A DNA stretch of 64,000 nt. It comes from Planctomycetota bacterium (GTDB taxonomy: Bacteria > Planctomycetota > UBA8108 > SXIK01). The DNA is taken from the NCBI GenBank assembly GCA_965223265.1, contig OZ244999.1:3904001-3968000 (forward strand), in the 5' to 3' direction. The notes under the pieces are model-generated. The model was given only the letters and a program-made list of their open reading frames with translations. It was not told where the DNA came from and did not search any database. Below are positions 1-10,130 of this stretch, piece after piece. Made by a program: the position numbers and the translations under genes. How positions within the stretch are numbered: position 1 is the stretch's first letter; each line of letters opens with the position of its first letter.

Positions 1-202
1 ACTGCGACAGTTCACCCAAGAGGCGCGCCTTGTGGAAGTAGGCAGCCACGTAGTTAGGGTCTGCTTGAAGGGTTCGGTCGAAGCGCCTCACAGCCTCGTC
101 GGCGTTCCCTTCCTTGGCGAGCTCAAAGGCTAGCGCGTAGTTGAGGAATGGATCGTCCGGAGACTCAACAAGGAGTCGTTCTAGTTGCTCTCGGCTCGGC
201 AT
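1..202 (-). CDS. Small TPR-repeat protein (3' end truncated by window edge)
   Basis: Manual translation from ATG at 202: MPSREQLERLLVESPDDPFLNYALAFELAKEGNADEAVRRFDRTLQADPNYVAAYFHKARLLGELSQ..., a typical TPR helix-pair pattern. Not in the ORF track. Confidence 0.8.
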   Translation of the reverse strand, partial: MPSREQLERLLVESPDDPFLNYALAFELAKEGNADEAVRRFDRTLQADPNYVAAYFHKARLLGELSQ

Positions 203-306
203 CTCGCTCGCGTCTCGGAAACGGAAGACTGGTCGTGATTCGCGGGGCCAGCCTGGCGCTCATGTCGCCGGCCGACATGAGCGCCAGGCGTGACCGAACG
301 ATTTGT

Positions 307-717
307 TCAATTGGTCTCAAGCGCTGCGCTCAGCGCAGCCTGCGCTGATTCCACCGTTGCGTTCGCGTCGAGGCGACCGAGAAGACGCTGATCAGGGCTC
401 AGGAGCACGATTTCCGGCACGTACCGGGTCGACTTAAACTGATAGGTCCGTCGATCGAAGGACGACGACCGCGGGTCCGCCTTCACCACCACGAACTTCT
501 CCTGCAGGCTCGCAACACGTCGATCGGAGAACACACGGTTCTCCAGGTCCACGCAGGCACCTCACCACTTGCCGCCGAACTTCAGAAGAATGGGACGCGA
601 GTTCGCCTTGGCTGTGGCCAAGGCCGCGTCCCAGTCGTCGCTGCCGCCTCCGGGAGTGCAGCTTCCCACGACCGTTGCAATAGCAATAAAAGCCGATGTC
701 GTAACGAGTTGTCTCAT
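307..717 (-). CDS. Thioredoxin-fold lipoprotein, probable selenoprotein (UxxC; in-frame TGA at 564-562)
   Basis: ATG 717 gives MRQLVTTSAFIAIATVVGSC (lipobox-like), then ...DWDAALATAKANSRPILLKFGGKW-TGA-GACVDLENRVF..., continuing in frame into track ORF 307-552. The TGA occupies the first Cys position of the WCxxC motif. Confidence 0.85.
526..544 (-). promoter_or_regulatory. Putative bacterial SECIS hairpin
   Basis: mRNA GGAGAAC-CGUGU-GUUCUCC: perfect 7-bp stem starting 17 nt after the UGA, loop 24 nt after the UGA, with G in the second loop position. Fits the general bacterial SECIS model. Confidence 0.65.
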
Positions 718-964
718 TGAGCTCAGCTCCTTTCCAGTGGCAGTATCTTACCCTCCGAGCGGGCAGTGCGATAGCGCGCATGAGGCGCAGAAATGTGGGA
801 CGCTGGCCGACGTGGGCAGCGGCATTTCACGACAGGGCGCGTTACAATCACTACTTACGATCAGGTTCGGTCCGCCGGAACGGCTTGCGGTCTGTTGTCG
901 CGGGAAGACCGCCGCCGACGCCCGGGGCCTGTTGTTGGTATCGGCTCCAAAGAGATCTTCTTCA

Positions 965-3900
965 GTGCCCATCGTCCTACGATTGTCGCACGGCCAGGTT
1001 GTTCCGCTTCACTCCGGCACGGTCATCCGTATCGGCGCCGCGTCAACCTGTCAGATTCGCCTCGACCACCCCGACATTCTTCCGCAGCATCTGGCGCTCA
1101 AGCTCGAAGGCGATCAGGTGCGTCTCGCTGCGGTGGCCGACGCCGGTGTCTACGTCAACGACCGACCAGTGTCGAAAGCACTCCTACGTGTTAACGACCG
1201 CATTCGAGTCGCGACGTTCGAGGCGACGCTCGAATCGAGTGGCGCGTACTCGCTCGAAGGCAAGGTCCTCGACGGCTATCGCATCGAAAGCTGCCTCGGC
1301 CGCGGCGCCATGGGGACGGTCTATCGTGCCACCCAACTATCGCTCGATCGAACCGTCGCCCTCAAGATCCTTGCCGATCACGCCACGGAAGATCACGCTT
1401 TCGTGCAGGCTTTTTTGAAAGAGGCACGAGCCATCGCCAAACTGAACCATCCCCGCGTTGTCCAGGTCTACGACGCCGGCCAATGCGACGGAAAGTTCTA
1501 CTTTTCGATGGAGTTTCTATCGGGTGGGACCGTCGCCGATCTGCTGACTCGAGAAGAACGCCTGCCGATGGAACGAGCCTTGACCATCGCGCTTGACGCG
1601 GCAGATGCGCTCGTGTGGGCGGAGGAGCAAGAGATCGTTCACCGTGACATCAAGCCAGCGAACCTCCTGCTCACCGAGGACGGCGCCGTGAAGGTCGGCG
1701 ACCTTGGCATCGCGCTCGACACGACCCAACGAACCGCGCAAGACGCCACGCGCAAGGCAGGTTCCCCGAAATACATGGCGCCCGAACAGGCACTGGGAAA
1801 ACCCGTCGATCGGCGCGCCGACATCTATGGACTTGGCAGCACGATCTTTCACATGCTTGCCGGCCGCCCGCCGTTCGAAGGGCAGTCGATGGCCGACCTC
1901 ATGCGTGCGAAGCTCGCTGAGGAGGCGCCAAGACTCGACGAATTCATGGCCATTGTGCCGCCACAAATCAATCGACTCGTCGCCAAGAGTCTGGCTCGCG
2001 AAGCGGAAGACCGCTTCAGCACGTGTGCTGAGATGCGAGATGCGATCGAGTCCGCGCTGCAGAGTCTTTCCCAACAGCAGGAGCCTCAAGAGAATAAAAG
2101 GATACACCGGACGCTCAAAAGAAAGCGCACCCTGGAGCGCCTATCGCTGTTCGCGTCTGTCGTGATCATTGTCGCCGCAGCCGTGTGGGCAACTCGCCCC
2201 AAGGACCCATCGGTGCAGCAGCCGCCCCCCACAACAACTGACGTGGATGTCGGAGCCAACAAACCGAAAACGCCGCAACAAGACTCGACCCACTCATCAG
2301 CTGACTCAAGCGACACGCAGCTCGCGGAGCTCCGGGACATTCGGCGGCGCTGGCAAAAAGGCTTGCTCACCGATGACGCCGCATTGCTTCAGTACAACAG
2401 GTTCCGCACGCTTCACCCAGGCGTGCATCGAAAGACTGTGGACGCGTTCCACGCCGAAGTCCAAACGGAGATCGTTCAAGCAGAGAAGAAAGTGGTCGAG
2501 CAGGAGGTTGCCAAACGAATTATGCCTTTGATCGACCGCGGTGAGTTCCGGCAAGCAGCGACTCATATTGCAAGCATTCGCGAGAAATACCGCCACGGAT
2601 CAGCGCCAGTGGACAAGGCGACGGACAAGATCCGGACGAAAGTAGGACTACTGATCGACGAGTCATTTGCCGTTGTCTCACAGCTCGTTGACGAGGGCAA
2701 GCTATCTTCTGCTCTCGATGAGCTCGACGCCCTCGCCTCGCTTGTGCCGTTCGAGTTCCGCAGTAAGGTGGACGATCGCCGTGAAGAAATCGACGCGATG
2801 GTCACGACTTTTTCGATTCGCGAGCGACAGCTCCGCGAGATCGAAGGAGACGTTTGGGTGGCACTCAGCCTTGGTGAAGCAGACGATGCCGAGGCACTGG
2901 CGCGTTCCGTCCCACCGGTCGCTCCGCTCTCCGCCGTCGATTCGCTCATCTCTGATCGCCGATCCGAGATGATCGGAGATGTCGAGCGGGCAGTGAGGAC
3001 CTGGAAGCGACTAAGAAAAGAGCTAAAAGACCTTCAGAAGCGAAGGAAGGCTTTCGTCTTCGCTTTCGCGCCCGATTGCCAGGAGAAGTTCGCCCGGTCG
3101 AAGTTTAGGGCATACGTCGGCGCACTAGGCGAAAGTCGTGTCACAGTTCACAGATCGAGAGGAGTGCGCCAACGAACGTTCGATGTGTTGGATCTCTCGG
3201 ACGAAGTGCTTCTCACACTGCTGGATTCGACCGAATCGCCGCCAGCGGAGATCAGCCAAGGCTTAGCGACGTTGCTGCTTCTAAGCCGAGGGCCGCAGCG
3301 CGCACGCCCCCTCTTGACGTCGCCTCGTCTGACGGGCGAGGATCGCGCGTCCAATCTCCACAAACTCGATGGAGGCGAGGAGAATTACCTGACTCGTGTG
3401 CTCTTTGGTGTAAGACGCCAATACGAGGCTGCTGCTACTCACTCGACGCCGGCACCCGTAGAGTCGCAAAGAAGAACCACTGAAGCCCTCGTACAGGCAT
3501 TGGTGCGTGTCATCACGAGCTATCGAGAAGATCCGGCATACGGAGAGCATCGCGCTGAGTTTTCTTCCCTCTTTCTCAAGTCGCACATAGCTCACGCTCG
3601 AGCCTACGGCGTTGAGACACTGTTCTCTGGCGAAGTGACGCGTTCAACCAACGACAGCGTTGACGTCTTCTACGATTTTTTGAGTAAGGAACAGCTCGCA
3701 GACTTCACGAAAACGACACCTGACACATCGACTCGCATCACAGACGAAGGTCTCGAGCTGTCAGGTGAGGTGAGACTGTTGCGGGGGATCCCCTTCAAGA
3801 GATACCTGAGCGTCACACTGGATGTACCAGCTGGTGGATACCATCTCAACGCTCCGAACATCAACCTCGCCCTCTGGACGCATGATGGCGATCTCGTCTC

Positions 3901-4414
3901 AGCGGGCCGCGGCCAATCCGCGGCGCGACCGAAGCAGAGCCCCGGCGACTACTTCGTCTTCGCGATCGGCTTCAAACCGTCGTCGATCAGTCGGTCCCAC
4001 CTACGAGTACGTGGGTTGAGCACCTCCGTACCCATGCCGGCCAACGCTTTCATGGGCGGCGAGCGCGGAACGAAACTCCTCACCTACCCGACCGACGAGT
4101 GTATCTGGGCATCCAGCGTCCAAGGAAAAACGCAAGGCGATCAACGTCTCGCGGTGGACATGAGCCCGCAGTCCCTCACCTGGACTGTGAATGGCGAAGC
4201 TATTCCCATCACCGATTCACGGGAAGCGGACCGCTTCAAGTCCCGCGCTTTTTACTCAGGTTCGTTCACACTATTCACGAACGGACAGAGGGTGGTCTTT
4301 CGCAGCTTACGCATCGGTGCGACGTTGTCGAGCGAGTGGATCGAAGAAGAGTTCGAGCGCCATGCACACGCCGCCCTCGAAACAATCGACCCGGTCGGGA
4401 CCGCGGAGGAGTAG
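965..4414 (+). CDS. FHA-domain membrane-anchored Ser/Thr protein kinase (Hanks-type) with large C-terminal region
   Basis: FHA-like N-terminus (IRIGA...CQIRL...PQH), LGRGAMGTVY, VALK, HRDIKPANLL, GDLG, YMAPE, DIYGLG; TM segment LSLFASVVIIVAAAVW. GTG 965 chosen because the upstream extension overlaps the thioredoxin gene. Confidence 0.9.
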   Translation: MPIVLRLSHGQVVPLHSGTVIRIGAASTCQIRLDHPDILPQHLALKLEGDQVRLAAVADAGVYVNDRPVSKALLRVNDRIRVATFEATLESSGAYSLEGKVLDGYRIESCLGRGAMGTVYRATQLSLDRTVALKILADHATEDHAFVQAFLKEARAIAKLNHPRVVQVYDAGQCDGKFYFSMEFLSGGTVADLLTREERLPMERALTIALDAADALVWAEEQEIVHRDIKPANLLLTEDGAVKVGDLGIALDTTQRTAQDATRKAGSPKYMAPEQALGKPVDRRADIYGLGSTIFHMLAGRPPFEGQSMADLMRAKLAEEAPRLDEFMAIVPPQINRLVAKSLAREAEDRFSTCAEMRDAIESALQSLSQQQEPQENKRIHRTLKRKRTLERLSLFASVVIIVAAAVWATRPKDPSVQQPPPTTTDVDVGANKPKTPQQDSTHSSADSSDTQLAELRDIRRRWQKGLLTDDAALLQYNRFRTLHPGVHRKTVDAFHAEVQTEIVQAEKKVVEQEVAKRIMPLIDRGEFRQAATHIASIREKYRHGSAPVDKATDKIRTKVGLLIDESFAVVSQLVDEGKLSSALDELDALASLVPFEFRSKVDDRREEIDAMVTTFSIRERQLREIEGDVWVALSLGEADDAEALARSVPPVAPLSAVDSLISDRRSEMIGDVERAVRTWKRLRKELKDLQKRRKAFVFAFAPDCQEKFARSKFRAYVGALGESRVTVHRSRGVRQRTFDVLDLSDEVLLTLLDSTESPPAEISQGLATLLLLSRGPQRARPLLTSPRLTGEDRASNLHKLDGGEENYLTRVLFGVRRQYEAAATHSTPAPVESQRRTTEALVQALVRVITSYREDPAYGEHRAEFSSLFLKSHIAHARAYGVETLFSGEVTRSTNDSVDVFYDFLSKEQLADFTKTTPDTSTRITDEGLELSGEVRLLRGIPFKRYLSVTLDVPAGGYHLNAPNINLALWTHDGDLVSAGRGQSAARPKQSPGDYFVFAIGFKPSSISRSHLRVRGLSTSVPMPANAFMGGERGTKLLTYPTDECIWASSVQGKTQGDQRLAVDMSPQSLTWTVNGEAIPITDSREADRFKSRAFYSGSFTLFTNGQRVVFRSLRIGATLSSEWIEEEFERHAHAALETIDPVGTAEE

Positions 4415-4432
4415 GTGCGCGTCGCGAATGCT

Positions 4433-5089
4433 TCAGGGCATTCGCTGGAAGCGAAGCACGGCTCGCGTTCCGAATCCGTGGGGGAGTTCGTATTGCATCG
4501 CGACCTCACCGTCGAACCCGAGACGCGAAGCAACGGAAAGCCCCTCTTCAAGCTCCTCACGAGCTTTCGGCCCCTTGTAAAGCAGAAGCGTACGAAAGTT
4601 CGCCGCTACCGGCTTCAGCAAACGCAGGAGCTTCGCTGCACTGCCCACGGCACGAGCGACGACAACGTCCACTTCACGATCGCGCAGTAACATCTCCGCT
4701 CGCTCCGCACACACCTCGGCGTCCGCACCAGACGCCTCGACAGCGAGACGCAAAAACGCAGCCTTCTTGCCCACGGACTCGCTCAGAATCACGCGCGCCG
4801 GCAGGCAAACGGCGAGAGGTAGGCCTGGAAAACCGCCGCCGCTGCCTAAATCGAGCACCGTGCGGGCCTGCCGCAATAATTGATAGGGAAAGACAGAGTC
4901 GACGACGTGCTTGACGACCATCTCCTGTGGCGACTGCAGCGACGTCAGGTTGACTCGCCGGTTCTCCTCCTTCAGCAAAGCGAGATGGCGGGCAGAGACT
5001 CGTACCAAAGCGTCACGCGCTGGAAGGTCGGACGGTAGCTCGCGCTCAAGGTGCTCTGTGAAAACTTCGCGCGCGGCTGGGTCAATCAC
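4433..5089 (-). CDS. rsmG: 16S rRNA m7G527 methyltransferase
   Basis: NLT, H..DS, DLGSGGGFPG and ARAV motifs. Confidence 0.9.
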   Translation of the reverse strand: MIDPAAREVFTEHLERELPSDLPARDALVRVSARHLALLKEENRRVNLTSLQSPQEMVVKHVVDSVFPYQLLRQARTVLDLGSGGGFPGLPLAVCLPARVILSESVGKKAAFLRLAVEASGADAEVCAERAEMLLRDREVDVVVARAVGSAAKLLRLLKPVAANFRTLLLYKGPKAREELEEGLSVASRLGFDGEVAMQYELPHGFGTRAVLRFQRMP

Positions 5090-5126
5090 ACATCAACTCG
5101 AGTTCGGTCACTCCTGCAGCGCTCTC

Positions 5127-6767
5127 TCACTCTGCGGCCTGACCGGAAGCCAACCACAGGTCGACGCCGTCCTCCGGACTATTCAAGATCTGCGGCGTCA
5201 CGTGAAATACTCGTCGGCCGGTCTTCTCCTGAACGGCGGCAAGAAACTCGACGTAGCTGTCGAATTTATCGCGAAGGTACTGGTCAACGTCAAGGTGGAG
5301 CTCTGAAGAAACCGTCACCGCCATGTCGATGGAAGCTCGGTCAAGCTCAAGCTGTATGCCGTGCTCGCGCGCGAACCTCTTCTCGAATTCGCGCACCTCC
5401 TGAACCTCGAACTGACCTTCGAGAGCACCTGGGTCTTCGAGAAGCGCCTCCAGCTGAACCCGCGGTTCTTGCACGATATCCGGCGTCACCACGAGACGTC
5501 GGATATCGGTGTCGGGAAGGGCAAATTTGAAATCTCGAAGCGCCTCCTCCAAAACCGTCATCAGACCACGAGCTCCTGTGTTCTCCTCTTTGGCTCTACG
5601 TGCCACAGTGCGGAGAGCGTCGTCGTTGAATGTCACCTCGATGTCGTAGCCGAGGAAACTCTCACGGTGCTGTTTCAAGATCGAACCCTCGGAAGTGGAT
5701 AAGATCTCGAACAGGTCTTCCTCAGTCAAGTCATCGAGTGCAACGCGAATCGGAAGGCGCCCGACAAACTCTGGTTCAAAACCATAGTCAACAAAGTCTC
5801 GGGTGGTGGCGAATCGCAGAAGATTCTGCTGGTCCGCGTCACCGCTCGAGCCCTCTTGCTTTGTCGAGAAGCCGACATTCCGCTCGGTCAGCCGCTTCTC
5901 GATGATCTCCGTTAGCCCAGAAAACGCGCCACTGACGACGAACAGGATGTGCCTCGTATTGATTGTGCGACGCACACTCTTGCCGTCACGCGCTTGGAAG
6001 AGCTCTTGAAACTGTGCGCTTATGTCGTTCGGGCTGCGTGCCGGCACGTCAGTCTCTTCCAATAGCTTCAGTAGCCCGGTCTGCACACCACGGCCGCTGA
6101 CATCGCGCCCAACCATTTTGTCGGCCGAAGCGATCTTATCGATCTCATCGAGAAAGACGATGCCGTACTCGGCGAGCTCAGCATTGCCGTCCGCCGCGCG
6201 AACTAGCTCTCTGACAAGATCGTCGACGTCACTGCCGACGTAGCCGGTCTCCGAAAACTTGGTGATGTCGGCCTTGACAAAGGGAACACCGATCAGTTGG
6301 GCAAGTGTGCGGATCAAATACGTCTTTCCAACACCGGTCGGTCCGAGCAGCATGACGTTCTGTTTGACGTACTCAAACCCCGCGACGACGTCGTCCTCGT
6401 CCGCCTCCACATCCTCGGAGCGCACTGCCTCGTCGCGATCGAGAGCTCGTCGGGCGTGGTTGTAGTGATCACAAACTGCCACTGACAGCGCACGCTTCGC
6501 ATCTTCCTGGCCGATCACGAACCGATCAAGTTGAGCTTTGATCTCTGAAGGACGCAGCGAAAGGTTGAGGGCCTCGAGCAGAGTCTCACGCGTTTCACTC
6601 TCGTCAACGCTCCCACCATCACCTGCCGCGGCCGGCGGAGGCGACGGCGTACCAACGGGAGAGATGATGACGTTCTCGCCGAATTTGCTCTTGAAGAAGT
6701 CCTGGAGGTCCCGTTGAATCTCCTCCGGCGACGGCGGACTCCCCTTCTTATCTTCTTGTTTATCCAT
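5127..6767 (-). CDS. ClpX-like AAA+ ATPase lacking the N-terminal zinc-binding domain
   Basis: VIGQEDAK, GPTGVGKT (Walker A), TGYVG, VFLDEIDK, RDVSGRGVQ, VGF loop, PEFVGRLP, TGARGL. Confidence 0.85.
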   Translation of the reverse strand: MDKQEDKKGSPPSPEEIQRDLQDFFKSKFGENVIISPVGTPSPPPAAAGDGGSVDESETRETLLEALNLSLRPSEIKAQLDRFVIGQEDAKRALSVAVCDHYNHARRALDRDEAVRSEDVEADEDDVVAGFEYVKQNVMLLGPTGVGKTYLIRTLAQLIGVPFVKADITKFSETGYVGSDVDDLVRELVRAADGNAELAEYGIVFLDEIDKIASADKMVGRDVSGRGVQTGLLKLLEETDVPARSPNDISAQFQELFQARDGKSVRRTINTRHILFVVSGAFSGLTEIIEKRLTERNVGFSTKQEGSSGDADQQNLLRFATTRDFVDYGFEPEFVGRLPIRVALDDLTEEDLFEILSTSEGSILKQHRESFLGYDIEVTFNDDALRTVARRAKEENTGARGLMTVLEEALRDFKFALPDTDIRRLVVTPDIVQEPRVQLEALLEDPGALEGQFEVQEVREFEKRFAREHGIQLELDRASIDMAVTVSSELHLDVDQYLRDKFDSYVEFLAAVQEKTGRRVFHVTPQILNSPEDGVDLWLASGQAAE

Positions 6768-6778
6768 GAGTTGCTGCT

Positions 6779-7912
6779 GTGACGGTGCTCAAAGTCTTGG
6801 CGGTCGACCCGTATTTAAGTGCGTCGCACCGCGAATTCTTAGAAGGTTATCAACGTTTCTCTAGTCATTCTATTGAGATCTGGTCGCTTTCGCCACGCAA
6901 GTGGAAGTGGCGGATGCGCGGCGCCGCACTCTACTTCGCAGAAAGAGCTCGCCGGCAGCCACCTCAGAATCAACCAGACGTTATGTTGGCAACGGACTTT
7001 CTGCAGCTCGCCGATTGGCGCGCCCTGGCACCGCGCCCACTGAACGATCTACCGACCGCGCTATACTTTCATGAGAATCAGATCACCTACCCGATTTCCC
7101 GCCATGCCACAGTCGAGGCGATGCACGAGTTCGGTTGGATCAATCTCCGATCTGCGCTCGCAGCGGACCGCGTGCTGTTTAACTCAAGCTACCATCGCAA
7201 CTCCTTCCTAAATGCGGTGACGAGCGTTATTGGGCAGATGGCAGACTTTATCCCACGCGAAAGCATCGATTCCCTGGTTGGGGTCTGCGACGTCTTCCCA
7301 GTAGGCCTCGATTTCTCAGAACATCGACGCGTTCTTGGCCGGGTTCCGCCAGCGAATAACGCCTCAGAGCCAACGATCGTGTGGAATCACCGCTGGGAAT
7401 ACGACAAGAATCCAGACCTCATGGTCGCGTGTCTCTCGACGCTAAAGGACCGAGGTACACCGTTTCGACTGATACTCTGCGGTGACGGACGAGACACTGA
7501 GTGCGCGGCGTACCGCCGTGCTGAGGTGGCGCTACGCGATCGTATCGAACACATCGGATTCATCGAGCAGCGCCCGGAGTACCTCCAGACCGTGGCATCG
7601 GGAGACTTCGTGCTGTCGACCGCTCAGCACGATTTCTTTGGTGTCGCCGTCGTTGAAGCGATGTTTTTAGGCTGCTTGCCCGTGTTGCCACACGACCTCA
7701 GCTACCCCGAGATCGTACCGTCGGATCTGCACTCGACGTTCCTCTATCGAGGCGAGGAGGAACTCACCGCACATCTCGACCGCTTGCTACGGTCACCACC
7801 GACTCAGTTCCGACAGGCCATTCGCAACGCTGCGGCGAGATACGACTGGGCGGTGCTCGCACCGCGGATGGACGCCATTCTCGCTGATACCGCAGCGCGT
7901 CGACGTCACTAG
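6779..7912 (+). CDS. DUF3524 / GT4-like glycosyltransferase (GTDC1/QTMAN-like)
   Basis: WKWRMRG, YFHENQ.TYP, FNS.YH, WNHRWEYDKNP and FFG....EA motifs. Confidence 0.85.
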   Translation: MTVLKVLAVDPYLSASHREFLEGYQRFSSHSIEIWSLSPRKWKWRMRGAALYFAERARRQPPQNQPDVMLATDFLQLADWRALAPRPLNDLPTALYFHENQITYPISRHATVEAMHEFGWINLRSALAADRVLFNSSYHRNSFLNAVTSVIGQMADFIPRESIDSLVGVCDVFPVGLDFSEHRRVLGRVPPANNASEPTIVWNHRWEYDKNPDLMVACLSTLKDRGTPFRLILCGDGRDTECAAYRRAEVALRDRIEHIGFIEQRPEYLQTVASGDFVLSTAQHDFFGVAVVEAMFLGCLPVLPHDLSYPEIVPSDLHSTFLYRGEEELTAHLDRLLRSPPTQFRQAIRNAAARYDWAVLAPRMDAILADTAARRRH

Positions 7913-8003
7913 TCTGGTTTTCACTTGCAACCAACGCTGCAGCGCCGCAAGATTCGGATCTTTCGGTGGTCGCACCGCCCGCATTCCTTGGTTCCTGTCG
8001 ACG

Positions 8004-9098
8004 ATGAAACAAGAAGCCACTGTCCAAGAGTTAGCAGACCTCGTAGGCGGCACCGCTACCGGCGCGACTGACCGCCGCATCACCGGTGTGGCGTCGATCC
8101 CTCATGCAAGGCCAGGCGATATCGTATTCGTCGAGCAAGCGCGCTTTCTCGACCAACTCGGCGAGTCGCAAGCGAGCGCCGCGATCGTCTATCAAGGGGC
8201 AAACGTGGACACGCAGATGGCGACGATCGAATCGCCGTTCCCGGCGCTCGCGATGGCGAAAGTCACGGACTTTCTTTACCCGCGTCGACGCCACTTCACG
8301 GAAGTCTCCGCGGCCGCAAACATCGGCGAAAACGTCGAGCTCGAGGCCGGCGTCGGGGTCGCTCCGGGAGTCCACATCGGCGATGGGGCGCACATTGGTG
8401 CCGGAACGGAGATTCATCCGAATGCGACGATCGGCGCCGGAACGAGAATTGGCGCCAACTGTGTCATTTACGCCGGTGTGCATATCTACCACGAGTGCCA
8501 GATCGGCTCACGAGTCATCATTCATAGCGGCGTTGTGCTGGGCGCCGATGGATACGGATTCCTGCAGGAGCCGGTCGCCGACAATCCCGAGGAACCAGTG
8601 CGACACCGAAAGATCCAACAGGTCGGGAACGTTGTCGTCGAGGACGACGTCGAGATCGGAGCGAACACCACGATCGACCGGGCAGCATTCGACGTCACTC
8701 GAATACGTCGCGGCACGAAAATCGATAATCTGGTCATGCTAGGGCACAACACCAGCATCGGCCGCCACTGTCTTTTGGCGGGTCAAACCGGAATCGCAGG
8801 TTCAACGAGCCTTGGCGACTACGTAACGCTTGCTGGGCAAGTCGGGGTCACGGGGCATGTACACATCGGATCGCGTGCGGTTGTTGGTGCCCAATCCGGC
8901 GTCACGGGAAACCTCGACGGATCGAAGACTTACTTGGGGTTCCCGGCTACGGAGATGAGCAGAGCGCGTCGAACCTACGCGACACTGCCTCACCTCCCGG
9001 AGATCAGGAAGCGGGCCAGCGAGCTAGAGCGACGGGTCCGTCGCCTCGAAAAAGAGGCGGGCGTTGAGGTCGACGACAGCGGCACGACCGAAGGCTAA
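8004..9098 (+). CDS. lpxD: UDP-3-O-acyl-glucosamine N-acyltransferase
   Basis: Hexapeptide repeats; GADGYGF, EIGANTTIDR, TKIDNLV.LGHN. Confidence 0.95.
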   Translation: MKQEATVQELADLVGGTATGATDRRITGVASIPHARPGDIVFVEQARFLDQLGESQASAAIVYQGANVDTQMATIESPFPALAMAKVTDFLYPRRRHFTEVSAAANIGENVELEAGVGVAPGVHIGDGAHIGAGTEIHPNATIGAGTRIGANCVIYAGVHIYHECQIGSRVIIHSGVVLGADGYGFLQEPVADNPEEPVRHRKIQQVGNVVVEDDVEIGANTTIDRAAFDVTRIRRGTKIDNLVMLGHNTSIGRHCLLAGQTGIAGSTSLGDYVTLAGQVGVTGHVHIGSRAVVGAQSGVTGNLDGSKTYLGFPATEMSRARRTYATLPHLPEIRKRASELERRVRRLEKEAGVEVDDSGTTEG

Positions 9099-9242
9099 GG
9101 CAGCGTTTGGTCGACGGCGATCAAGCCGCAGTCGTTCAACGGGCGCGCGGGTAATCGGTCGCCTTCTCGCTGAGCAAGCTCCTCTGGCCAGCTCGGCCGG
9201 CGCGAATAGCCGGAACCCGATCTCACACGTTATTGGGAGCTC

Positions 9243-10130
9243 TCACTCGCCGGAAAAGGCATCGCCTTGACGCTCGACCGAACCGAGGCCGTTGAGGAGC
9301 CCGACACTCTCGGTTTCCACTTCGCGTCGTTCCACGGAGGTTTCGCTGCTCGACGACTCGCTCCTCTCCGGTTCTGCTGAGGAGTCACCCGAGCCGTGGG
9401 AAGTCCCACCGCCATCAGGACTCGCTTCCTCTTTCATGCTCATACTGGCGACCAATCGGCGAAACGATTCTGACGCGGCCGTGAACTCCTTCGGTGGGGC
9501 GGAAAGGGTGAGGACCTGTTTCGCCGCGCCGAACTCGAGAAACAGTTTCCGTTCGCGAACGACGGTGCCGTCAAGTGCGTACTCGAAATCGATCTCCCAC
9601 GTTTGCACGTTTTGCCACACGTTTCCGAATCGCTCGCCGTGGAGCCGCATGCGGCTGCGCTGCTTCAACTCGGCTTTCTGGCGTGACGTGAGGCTCCAAA
9701 GCGATTGAGCCGTCGTTAGCTTCTCGACGCAGAATCGTATGTCAGTAGCCTTTTCGTGAAACGCAGTCTTCTCTTCAGTTTCCGATTCTTTGCGCCAACT
9801 CTTGGGCACGGCGAGGCGTAGCTGACGGTTGGTGTCGATCTCGATGACGTGCTCTGACGTGCGCGCACGAGCGTCCTCTCGGACGCCGGCGTTCTCTTCG
9901 TCGCTCACGACGTGTTCCGTTCGCTCGCCGAAGACTCTCTTCACCTGACGGAGCTCAAGCCGCAGTTCGCCGCCTTCGATCGACAGGACAATCGCGTCAC
10001 CGTCTTTCTCGACAAACTCACCTTCGAGAAGATTACCGTTCTTCAGTTCGACCACAACAGTTCCTGTGAGGCCTTCTCCGAAGCCGTCGGATTGAAGCAA
10101 CAAGATGATCGTCAGAAGGATCGTGTTCAA
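9243..10130 (-). CDS. Hypothetical exported protein
   Basis: 295-aa ORF with hydrophobic N-terminus, LKNG...EG small beta domain and Ser/Glu-rich tail. Confidence 0.65.
   Translation of the reverse strand: MNTILLTIILLLQSDGFGEGLTGTVVVELKNGNLLEGEFVEKDGDAIVLSIEGGELRLELRQVKRVFGERTEHVVSDEENAGVREDARARTSEHVIEIDTNRQLRLAVPKSWRKESETEEKTAFHEKATDIRFCVEKLTTAQSLWSLTSRQKAELKQRSRMRLHGERFGNVWQNVQTWEIDFEYALDGTVVRERKLFLEFGAAKQVLTLSAPPKEFTAASESFRRLVASMSMKEEASPDGGGTSHGSGDSSAEPERSESSSSETSVERREVETESVGLLNGLGSVERQGDAFSGE

Noticed and set aside
569-964. N-terminal extension of the kinase ORF in the track
   Set aside because: Its first part overlaps the selenoprotein gene on the opposite strand and it has no domain character; the FHA-like domain begins at GTG 965.
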